Positions 29,456-37,911 of a stretch of DNA of 64,000 bases are shown here, one piece after another (within the stretch, counting starts at the first letter, position 1; each line of letters starts with the position of its first letter). Source of the stretch: Candidatus Poribacteria bacterium (GTDB lineage: Bacteria > Poribacteria > WGA-4E > WGA-3G); NCBI GenBank assembly GCA_965242965.1, contig OZ251518.1:416001-480000 (forward strand), read 5' to 3'. Position numbers and translations under genes: made by a program. The notes under the pieces were generated by a model. It saw only the letters and a list, made by a program, of their open reading frames with translations. It had not been told where the DNA came from and did not search any database.

Positions 29456-30649
29456 TCACAAACTTACACCTAATTCGTTTGCGATGGTGTAGACATCTTT
29501 GTCGCCGCGGCCGGAGAGACAGACGACGATAACCCGGTCGGCGTTCATCTCGGGTGCGAGTTTGCGGAGGTAGGCGATGGCGTGCGCCGACTCTAACGCC
29601 GGGATGATGCCCTCTGTTTCCGATAAGAGTTGGAAGCCTTCCACAGCCTCTGCGTCCGTGATGGGGACATATTCTGCCCTCCCTGTCTCGCGATAATAGC
29701 TGTGCTCCGGTCCGACACCGGGGTAATCTAATCCTGCGGAGATGGAGTGCGCGGGGGTTATCTGTCCATCGTTTTCCTGCAACAGATAGCACTTGGCACC
29801 GTGAAATACGCCGATGCTTCCGGCGGTGAGGGGCGCGGCATGTCTTCCGCTGCGGATGCTCTCGCCGGCGGCTTCTACGCCGATGAGTTTGACCTCTTTG
29901 TCGGCGTAAAAGGGGTAGAACATGCCGAGCGAATTGCTTCCTCCACCGACGCATGCGACGACGCAATCGGGCAATTTTCCCTCTTTCTCTAAAATCTGCG
30001 AGCGTGCTTCTTCACCGATAACGGCTTGAAAGTCTCGGACGAGCATCGGATACGGATGCGCGCCGACAACGGAGCCGAGTAGGAGATAGGTGCTTCGCAC
30101 GTTCGTCACCCAATCGCGGAAGCAGGCGTTGATTGCATCTTTAAGCGTTCGCGAGCCGGAGTTGACAGGGATTACCTTCGTGCCCATCAACTGCATCCGG
30201 AAGACATTGAGGGATTGGCGTTCAATGTCCTCTTCGCCCATGTAGACATCGCATTCCATGTCAAATTTTGCGGCGACGGTAGCGGTTGCAACGCCGTGCT
30301 GTCCGGCACCGGTTTCGGCGATGATACGCTTTTTACCCATCCAGCGCGCGAGCAGGATTTGCCCGATGGCACTGTTGATTTTGTGCGCGCCGGTGTGATT
30401 CAGGTCTTCGCGTTTCAGATATATTTTCGCGCCGCCGAGTGCTTGTGTCAAGCGTTCGGCGTAGTAAAGCGGATTCGGTCTTCCGACATATTCGCTGAGG
30501 TATGCCTGAAATTCGGCTTGGAAATCGGGGTTGGATTTCAGGGTGTTGTATGCCTCTTCCAATTCAAGCAAGGCGGGCATGAGCGTTTCGGGGACATATC
30601 TGCCGCCGAATTGTCCAAAATGTCCCGTTGCGTCGGGGAGTTGTTGCAT
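29456..30649 (-). CDS. trpB: Tryptophan synthase beta chain
   Basis: [57 protein letters not shown] and LSGRGDKD. Confidence 0.98.
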   Translation of the reverse strand: MQQLPDATGHFGQFGGRYVPETLMPALLELEEAYNTLKSNPDFQAEFQAYLSEYVGRPNPLYYAERLTQALGGAKIYLKREDLNHTGAHKINSAIGQILLARWMGKKRIIAETGAGQHGVATATVAAKFDMECDVYMGEEDIERQSLNVFRMQLMGTKVIPVNSGSRTLKDAINACFRDWVTNVRSTYLLLGSVVGAHPYPMLVRDFQAVIGEEARSQILEKEGKLPDCVVACVGGGSNSLGMFYPFYADKEVKLIGVEAAGESIRSGRHAAPLTAGSIGVFHGAKCYLLQENDGQITPAHSISAGLDYPGVGPEHSYYRETGRAEYVPITDAEAVEGFQLLSETEGIIPALESAHAIAYLRKLAPEMNADRVIVVCLSGRGDKDVYTIANELGVSL

Positions 30650-30753
30650 TGTGAGTTCTCCTATTTATGAACGGGTGGATGTAGAAATCCACCCTTACAA
30701 AACGATTTTTGTGATTGTTTTCGGGAGCAGGTGCTCCCGAACTACAGTTATGT

Positions 30754-31393
30754 GAGGGTGTTTCATAAATCCGCGGTAAGAGAGACCCCCCAGTCTCAAT
30801 ATCGTCCGCGCAATCCAACGATCGCGGGGGACAGGCCCCCGCGCTACGGAAAAAACGGCATTTCACCGTAGGGCGAGGGCCTGTCCCTCGCCATCGCTCG
30901 CTCGCCAGGTCTGTAGGTCAAGATCGCCTGATCCTGACCTGTTTGTGATCAGGCGATCACAAACTACAGAGGCGGAAACACACATCGGGACGATGGCCAA
31001 CGCGGGGGACAGGCCCCCGCGCTACGGAAAAAACGGCACTTCACCGTAGGGCGAGGGCCTGTCCCTCGCCATGCTGCGGTCTATCGGACATTCGCGGGGG
31101 CCTGTCCCCCGCGCTACGGTAACGTGAGGCGTTCTTGGCAGCAGCACGGCCGCCTTCATCGTAGGGCGAGGGCCTGTCCCTCGCCGTGCTGCGGGCTATC
31201 AAAAACCTCTTTTAGGTCCGTAGGACCTACATGTCTATAGAAAAACGTGCCGCACCCTATCAAGGTCCGTAGGTCCTTAATAAGGTTTATAGTGTTGTTG
31301 CATCGAGACCAGGAGGTCTCTCCTACTGAGGAAACGGCATCGTTCGGAATCTCACGAAACCATTTTGACAACAACGAATTATGAAACACCCTC
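30754..31393. mobile_element. MITE-like element copy 4 (640 bp) with a perfect 8-bp target duplication
   Basis: TIRs intact. AGTTATGT at 30746-30753 and 31394-31401. Cargo of A-, B-, C- and E-type repeats. Confidence 0.88.
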
Positions 31394-31418
31394 AGTTATG
31401 TGACATAGGTATCCCGAA

Positions 31419-32438
31419 TTACAGCACGTTTTTTTGTATCGCCTTTGCCCGGAGGTTTGAACGTTCCAACACCTCTGGATTAACTACCGAATCCGGTCGC
31501 TGGCCTGTCAAGATTTGGGCGATGCACGAAGCAGCAGTGATTTCTAAATCGAGAAGTGCCTCGTGTGAGATGAACGCTGTGTGCGGCGTGATGATGACGT
31601 TATCGCATGTCAGCAGTTGCTCGTTCGGTTCAGGTGGTTCGGTTTCCAAGACATCAATGCCTGCGCCGGCGATTTCACCGTTAATGAGTGCTGCCGTTAG
31701 TGCCTCGGTATTGACGATGCCGCCGCGGGCGGTATTGATTAGAAACGCTGTCGGTTTCATCGCGCGAAATTCGGCGAGCCCGAACATGTGGTGCGTTTCT
31801 TCTGTCAACGGCGCGTGAATGGTGGTGAAATCAGCTGTCGCGAGGAGTTCGGCAAATGCAACTTTTTCCGCGCCGTGTTTCTGGATTGTTTCTTGTGTTG
31901 TCCGCGGTGAATAGACGTTAACCTCCAGTCCAAACGCCTTTGCTTTCGGGACAACAGCCTGCGCTATTCGTCCGAAACCAATAATGCCGAGGGTTTTGCC
32001 GCGTAACCGATACATCTGTGGGCCGCCGATATTTTGTTCCCAAGTGCCGTTTTTAACCACGGTATCATAACGCGGAATTTTTCTGGCGCAGGCGAGCAGG
32101 AGTGCCATCGCCTGTTCGGAGACTTCGTCAACGCAGTAGGCAGGGACGTTGGTGACAACGATGCCGTGCTGCGTGGCTGCGGCTACGTCAATGTTATCTA
32201 ATCCGATGCCGTAGCGGCCGATGATTTGGCATTTTTTCGCGGCGGCGATGACGTTCTCGCGCACCGGTTTCCAACAGGTGAGGATGCCGTCCATCTTCGG
32301 TGCGAGCAAGAGGAGCTCTGCTTCGTCTCCGCTCTCAGCGACGATAAGTTCTGCGCCGACGCGGGCGAGGACTTGGCGTTCGGGCTCAACGGAGGGCCAG
32401 GCGTAATCGGTGATGAGGATTTTCCACTTGTTTGACAT
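31419..32438 (-). CDS. D-2-hydroxyacid dehydrogenase (CtBP/SerA-like)
   Basis: RYGIGLDNID, NVPAYCVDEV, LGIIGFGRI, HAPLT, INTARG, DVLETEP and ITPHTA. Confidence 0.92.
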   Translation of the reverse strand: MSNKWKILITDYAWPSVEPERQVLARVGAELIVAESGDEAELLLLAPKMDGILTCWKPVRENVIAAAKKCQIIGRYGIGLDNIDVAAATQHGIVVTNVPAYCVDEVSEQAMALLLACARKIPRYDTVVKNGTWEQNIGGPQMYRLRGKTLGIIGFGRIAQAVVPKAKAFGLEVNVYSPRTTQETIQKHGAEKVAFAELLATADFTTIHAPLTEETHHMFGLAEFRAMKPTAFLINTARGGIVNTEALTAALINGEIAGAGIDVLETEPPEPNEQLLTCDNVIITPHTAFISHEALLDLEITAASCIAQILTGQRPDSVVNPEVLERSNLRAKAIQKNVL

Positions 32439-32439
32439 A

Positions 32440-33861
32440 TTACGGTGCTGCGCGCAGGTCTCGGGAATCTCCTGAATTCGTAATAAAAATTTTGCCGGGG
32501 TTCATGATGTTGCCCGGGTCAAGCGCGTTTTTGATGGCGAGCATCAGGTGAACTGCGTCGCCGTGTTCCTTTGCTAATGCTTCGCGTTTGCCGATGCCGA
32601 CACCGTGTTCGCCGGTGCAGGTGCCATCCATCTCCAACGCGATATCCACGATGCAGCTGCTGAGGGCTTGCGCTTTTGCTAATTCGTCGTGGTTGTCCGG
32701 TTTCAGCGGGAAGACGACGTGGAAATTTCCATCGCCGACGTGCCCGAGGAGTGTGGCTACCATGTCGGATGTCTCCAGCAGTGCTTTCGTTTTGGCGATG
32801 CATTCCGCCAATCGGGAAATAGGGACGCATACATCTGTCACGTATCCGACAGAGCCGGGCCGGAGGTTGCACGCGGCGTAGTAACTGTCGTATCGCGCTT
32901 GCCAGAGGCGTTTGCGTTCGGTTTCCTCGGTCGCCCACTGAAAATCGGTGCCGCCGTGCTTTAAGGCGAGAGCCCCTGCGGCTTCGGAACTTTCGGCGAC
33001 GGCTTGTGATGAACCGTGGAACTCAAGAAAGAGCGTCGGTGCAACTTTGCAGTTTAATCCAGAGTATTTGTTGACGGCTTCCATCTGCAGTTCGTCTAGC
33101 AATTCGATGCGGGCAAGCGAAATACCGGCTTCGATGAGGCTGATGACTGTGTCCACAGCGGCGGCGACTGTCGTGAAAGCGCAGACAGCGGCGGCGACTG
33201 CTTCCGGCAGCCGAGTCAGTTTCAGCGTTACTTCGGTGATAATGCCGAGTGTGCCTTCCGAACCGATGAAGAGTCGCGTCATATCGTAGCCGGCGGCGGA
33301 TTTTCGCGCTCTGCCGCCTGTGTGTATAATTTTGCCATCGGCGGTGACGACTGTTAAGCCGAGGATGTTATCCTGCATCGTGCCGTATCGGACTGCGCTG
33401 GTGCCGGATGCGCGCGTCGCCGCCATGCCGCCGAGGGAGGCATCGGCACCCGGGTCAACAGGGAAATGCAGTTTCGTCCCGATGTCGGCGAGATGTGTAT
33501 TGAGTCGCAATCGCGTGACACCGGCTTGGACGGTGGCATCCCTGTCGCTTTCGCTGACGTGGAGGATGTTATCCATGTTTTTGAGTGAGACACTCAGCGC
33601 GCCTTGCGTAGAGACAGCGGCACCTTCAACGCCGGTGCCTGTGCCGTAGGGAATAATCGGCATCCTGTGCTTCGCGCAGATTTTGACGATGTCGGCGACT
33701 TCGGCGTTGCTATTCGGGAATGCAACGCCGGCGGGCAGCGCGCCGCGGTGATAGGAGGCATCGCGGGCGTGCGCGTCTCGGATGGCATCGTCAGTGGTAA
33801 AGCGCGCTCCGAGCAGGGAGCTGAGTGCTTGCTGTGCGTGGGTTGTGTCGTGTTGGTTCAT
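32440..33861 (-). CDS. FAD-linked oxidase (D-lactate dehydrogenase / GlcD-like)
   Basis: PVDPGADASLGGM, SAAGYD..LFIGSEGTLG, GHVGDGNFH, TGEHGVG and LDP.NIMNPGK. Confidence 0.92.
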   Translation of the reverse strand: MNQHDTTHAQQALSSLLGARFTTDDAIRDAHARDASYHRGALPAGVAFPNSNAEVADIVKICAKHRMPIIPYGTGTGVEGAAVSTQGALSVSLKNMDNILHVSESDRDATVQAGVTRLRLNTHLADIGTKLHFPVDPGADASLGGMAATRASGTSAVRYGTMQDNILGLTVVTADGKIIHTGGRARKSAAGYDMTRLFIGSEGTLGIITEVTLKLTRLPEAVAAAVCAFTTVAAAVDTVISLIEAGISLARIELLDELQMEAVNKYSGLNCKVAPTLFLEFHGSSQAVAESSEAAGALALKHGGTDFQWATEETERKRLWQARYDSYYAACNLRPGSVGYVTDVCVPISRLAECIAKTKALLETSDMVATLLGHVGDGNFHVVFPLKPDNHDELAKAQALSSCIVDIALEMDGTCTGEHGVGIGKREALAKEHGDAVHLMLAIKNALDPGNIMNPGKIFITNSGDSRDLRAAP

Positions 33862-33919
33862 AGTGTGAGTATTTTAGCATAATTTGCATTGGAATGCAAA
33901 GGAAAAAATAGTATTGCAT

Positions 33920-34336
33920 CGAGACGCGGGAGGGCGCGCCGTTTCTTTTTCCGGCGCGCGATACCCCGGCGAGGGACAGGCCCTCGCCCTACGATGAGGG
34001 GCATTTTTTACCGTAGCGCGGGGGCCTGTCCCCCGCACGCGTCTCAATTACCGTAGCGCGGGGGCCTGTCCCCCGCGATCTCTACGGTAGACCGCAGCAT
34101 GGCGAGGGACAGGCCCTCGCCCTACGGTAAGGGGAGGCGTTTTTTCACCGTAGCGCGGGGGCCTGTCCCCCGCGATCTCTACGGTAGATCGCAGCATGGC
34201 GAGGGACAGGCCCTCGCCCTACGATGAGGGGCCGTTTTGTGAAGAAGATGGCCCGCCTACCGTAGCGCGGGGGCCTGTCCCCCGCGATCTCTACGCGCGC
34301 GATACCCCGGCGAGGGACAGGCCCTCGCCCTACGGT
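33920..34336. repeat. A-type REP cluster
   Basis: Alternating GTAGCGCGGGGGCCTGTCCCCCGCG and GGCGAGGGACAGGCCCTCGCCCTAC units. Confidence 0.92.
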
Positions 34337-34338
34337 AA

Positions 34339-35922
34339 TCAAGACCGGAACGTAATAAGTGCCGCCACTGCCGCAAAAGCCTCCTCGCGCGTCCGAATTT
34401 CACCATCCAATTGACGCTCCTCAATCTCTGCCAGCAGAAACCCAATTTCCCTTCCCTCTTTTAAGTCAAACCGATGAATCAGGTCTTCGCCCGTGATGAG
34501 TCTTCCCTGCTTCAGGATAGGTAGAAAATGCTGATAGTAGGTATCGACAATCTGCGAGGTCCGCGCATCTGTGATGCCGTGCAGTGCGGACGCGAAAAGC
34601 AGCGCGCCTAACCAATCAGATCCTGTCCGCCGCAAAAAGCGGATTATCTCGCGGCGCGTCAGTTGTTCTGCTGCCAGTAGTCGATGTTCCGACGCGAGGC
34701 ATTTCAGAAATTGCGATGCCTTTCGGCTCAACTTAAGCCGTTTCGCCACATCACCGAGTTCGCCTTGCAGGAGTAGACAGAGTTTAATCAATGAACTGCG
34801 GTTGACTTCCCACTCTAATTCGGTTTCCAGATAGGTGTCGCAGTCTGGCTGCGTGTAGTTCCAGGGATCGCGAGGGACAGGCCCTCGCGCTACGGGCGTG
34901 GCGGCGGGCTTGAGATAGGTGTCGCAGTCTGGCTGCGTGTAGTTCCAGGGATCGCGAGGGACAGGCCCTCGCGCTACGGGCGTGGCGGCGGTATTGAGAT
35001 AGGTATCCCAGTCTGGCTGCGCGGGGTTGGTGGATTCAAATCTGTCTAGTGCGTTCCAGGGATCGCGGGGGACAGGCCCTCGCGCTACGGGCGTGGCGGC
35101 GGACTCTTGAACAGGTTCGCGCGCGCCGGTAGGAGAGACCTCCTGGTCTCGATGCATCCCCGTAGGAGAGACCTCCTGGTCTCGATTTCTTCCGGTAGGA
35201 GAGACCTCCCGGTCTCGATGCCCTCGCGCTACGGGGGTAGGGACAATCTGCGTCAATAATCCTACCTTCCACATTTCTTGCAAATAGGGACTTGCTTTCT
35301 CAACCTTGAGGATTTTCATCAATTCATCGCGAATCCGTTCGGCGGAAACACGAGGCAACAAGGCATGATGTTTTTTGATGAGCGCGAGGGAGTCATGACA
35401 GATTTCAAAGTTGAGTTGCGCCGCGAACCGATAGATACGGATGAGACGAAGCGGGTCTTCGTGGATTACCCGTTCACTCGGAAATCGGAGTTGGCGCGCT
35501 GTTAAATCTGCCATGCCGCCGCCCGGGTCGATTAACCTGGGGACAGGCAAGCGCGCCGACTCCAACATCGCCTCAAGCGGAACCGCCATCGCGTTAATCG
35601 TCAGATCGCGGAGTTGCAAATCATCGTTGAGTGACGCGGCACGAAATTGCGCGAAATCCATACTCACGGTTTGCTTTTTGAAGACAACGCGCGCCGTAGG
35701 AGGCCGCTCATCAAGCCCGACAAAACCCCCACCGACGTGAGCAGCAAACGCTTTCGCAAACGGAATCGCGTCCGTAGCCAACGCGAAGTCCAAATCTGCC
35801 GTGGGACGATTCAGCAGCAGATCGCGGACGCTGCCGCCGACGAGGTAGAGTTCCACACCGCGCGTCTTCGCAAATTTTTGGAGTTGCGCGAGATGAGGGA
35901 TGAGGGTTTCTGGTATCTTCAT
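34339..35922 (-). CDS. CCA-adding / poly(A) polymerase-family nucleotidyltransferase with a large in-frame REP-derived insert
   Basis: LYLVGGSVRD, DLDF, DLQLRDLTINAMA, EDPLRLIR..RF, VSAERIRDEL and a C-terminal ITGEDL...G.EIG. Confidence 0.85.
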   Translation of the reverse strand: MKIPETLIPHLAQLQKFAKTRGVELYLVGGSVRDLLLNRPTADLDFALATDAIPFAKAFAAHVGGGFVGLDERPPTARVVFKKQTVSMDFAQFRAASLNDDLQLRDLTINAMAVPLEAMLESARLPVPRLIDPGGGMADLTARQLRFPSERVIHEDPLRLIRIYRFAAQLNFEICHDSLALIKKHHALLPRVSAERIRDELMKILKVEKASPYLQEMWKVGLLTQIVPTPVARGHRDREVSPTGRNRDQEVSPTGMHRDQEVSPTGAREPVQESAATPVARGPVPRDPWNALDRFESTNPAQPDWDTYLNTAATPVARGPVPRDPWNYTQPDCDTYLKPAATPVARGPVPRDPWNYTQPDCDTYLETELEWEVNRSSLIKLCLLLQGELGDVAKRLKLSRKASQFLKCLASEHRLLAAEQLTRREIIRFLRRTGSDWLGALLFASALHGITDARTSQIVDTYYQHFLPILKQGRLITGEDLIHRFDLKEGREIGFLLAEIEERQLDGEIRTREEAFAAVAALITFRS

Positions 35923-36548
35923 TTGCCAGCCTGTGCTTTTCGTCCCCGTGCTTTTTGTCGTTGCGCCTTGCGCGATTGGAACAGGATACCGTCCAGATGC
36001 AGATGCGTCGCATAACCGATGAAACTCGCCACGTAGAACGGCAGCCAGTTTGGGAACGCATCCGGGATCGCGGTATTGAGGAGCAATCCGATGAATTCAA
36101 GCGGTTCTTCCCAGCCCGCGCCCCATTCGGGATATGTAACGTAAATCGGGATGACCAGGAAGAGGCACGGTAACAGGAACATCGTAACTTTGGAATGCGT
36201 CCATCCGCGGTGCTTGCTGATAATCGGCAGCATCGCGAAGAGTCCTAGCAGTGCGGATTCCAGATACATCCCGAAAACGAGGAGAGCGGCGTTCAATGCG
36301 AATAACACCCGATAGAAGAGTTTCTGGCTCTTGCTTTTGATGTCCACATCCGGCCACAATCCGAACAGCACCGCGATGGCGAAGCATCCGGCGATTTTCA
36401 ACGGCTGCACTGGTGATGGAATGGTTGGATTCCATGCCAGCGGTAATTCAGTAAGGAGTGAAACGGCGAGGGTTGCTACAAGAGAGATGACGAAAAAGGT
36501 GGTGTAGGTAATTATCCCGCCGATCCAGTGTTCACGAAACATGCTCAT
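35919..36548 (-). CDS. Membrane-bound metal-dependent hydrolase (YdjM/DUF2227-like)
   Basis: EH..GG, LWPDVD, KHRGWTHS and GYATHLHLD, with TM helices. Start placed at MSMFREH. Confidence 0.8.
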   Translation of the reverse strand: MSMFREHWIGGIITYTTFFVISLVATLAVSLLTELPLAWNPTIPSPVQPLKIAGCFAIAVLFGLWPDVDIKSKSQKLFYRVLFALNAALLVFGMYLESALLGLFAMLPIISKHRGWTHSKVTMFLLPCLFLVIPIYVTYPEWGAGWEEPLEFIGLLLNTAIPDAFPNWLPFYVASFIGYATHLHLDGILFQSRKAQRQKARGRKAQAGK

Positions 36549-36607
36549 AGGAGATAGTCTATCATAATTTTTGAAAAATTGCAATACCTATAAGCGGTGC
36601 TTGATTA

Positions 36608-37228
36608 CCGTAGGGCGGGGGCCTGTCTCTCGCCGTGTCTGTATTGCGGGGTCGGAGCAGACTCCCGATTCCCGTAGGGCGGGGGCCTGTCCCCCGCCAT
36701 GCCCGGGATAATCGAGCACTCGCGAGGGACAGGCCCTCGCGCTACGGTGAGCGGGAAAACGCTACGGGGATCGAGAGATCGCGAGGGACAGGCCCTCGCG
36801 CTACGGTTATTCGGAGCGGGCTCCTCATTAACCGTAGGGCGGGGGCCTGTCCCCCGCCGTGCCCGTGTCGCGATGAAAGTTCGCGAGGGACAGGCCCTCG
36901 CGCTACGGTGAGCGGGAAAACGCTACGGGGATCGAGAGATCGCGAGGGACAGGCCCTCGCGCTACGGTTGTCGGAGCAGGCTCCTCTTATCGTAGGGCGG
37001 GGGCCTGTCCCCCGCCGTGCCTGTGTTGCGCGGAACGTTCGCGAGGGACAGGCCCTCGCGCTACGATAAAACGGGGCGTTTTGTGTTCCACCGAGCGTTC
37101 GCGAGGGACAGGCCCTCGCGCTACGGTTGTCGGAGCGGGCTCCTCATTAACCGTAGGGCGGGGGCCTGTCCCCCGCCGTGCCCGTGGTAGGCGAGAAATC
37201 GCGAGGGACAGGCCCTCGCCCTACGGTT
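36608..37228. repeat. Large A-type REP cluster (BIME-like)
   Basis: About 12 units of GTAGGGCGGGGGCCTGTCCCCCGCC and CGCGAGGGACAGGCCCTCGCGCTAC with repeated linkers. Confidence 0.92.
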
Positions 37229-37294
37229 AAATCAAGTTTTTTCACAAAAATCTTAACAAAAAACGCGGAAATCTGCTTAAAATCACATTTTAAT

Positions 37295-37323
37295 TTGACA
37301 AACGCGCAAAAATGTGGTATACT
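37295..37323 (+). promoter_or_regulatory. Near-consensus sigma70 promoter about 590 nt upstream of the large surface protein gene
   Basis: TTGACA-N17-TATACT with an extended -10 TG. Confidence 0.75.
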
Positions 37324-37373
37324 ATATACTATATAGTAAAAATTGCCATGTTTAGTGCGAAAACGAACAAAGG

Positions 37374-37911
37374 ATGCCAGACGTGAACTCTCAACCCGTT
37401 TTTCTCATTGCGGATACCCACATCCGCCCGAATAACGCGATTGCAACGACGTGCCAGCCACCCCGGCTGCGCGCCGTGTCTCCATTTGCGCGTCCAGTTG
37501 ATGACACCGCACTAAACATAAGTTCGATTTACCCCCCCCCGTCCTAAATGCCCGTTAACCTTTGACGTTATCGGCAGGAAGGCGGTTCAAGGGGATGTCT
37601 CTCATCTGAATCCCAACCCAAAATCCGCGTGCTTTGCACGCGCCTATGTTCTTTTGCCTCGTGGCACGCGCTCGCCTTCGCGAGTCCGCGCCTGCCACGG
37701 GGCTTTTCGCGTTGCATCGCCCGATGCAGCACCGATGTCTACCAGCGTTGTTCCGGGGAAAATTCACTCCCCACTTTGGGTATTAAGGGGCAGGATAACC
37801 GTGGGCACCCGCCCACGGTTATCTTGTTTTCTCCGAGACACGCGCGCCTTTCGCCTACCGAGGCGGGAGTCCCCTATTCATTTCATTTCTATAACTCTTG
37901 GAGGCATTTGA
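37374..37911 (+). other. Leader ORF split by a frameshift at a C9 tract
   Basis: One frame is open 37374-37547. A second frame is open 37522-37911. They overlap only around C9 at 37532-37540. Confidence 0.5.
37791..37832 (+). terminator. Terminator-like hairpin inside the leader
   Basis: CAGGATAACCGTGGGC-ACCC-GCCCACGGTTATCTTG (16-bp stem, one G-U) followed by TTTTCT. Confidence 0.55.

Noticed and set aside
36635-37069. Short ORFs encoding VGRGPVPR / RGTGPRAT / EGQALALR peptides (here and at about 721, 7461, 12155, 15065, 34145, 42084, 47333, 53549)
   Set aside because: They are translations of intergenic REP or MITE DNA in stop-poor frames, with no RBS or independent domain content.
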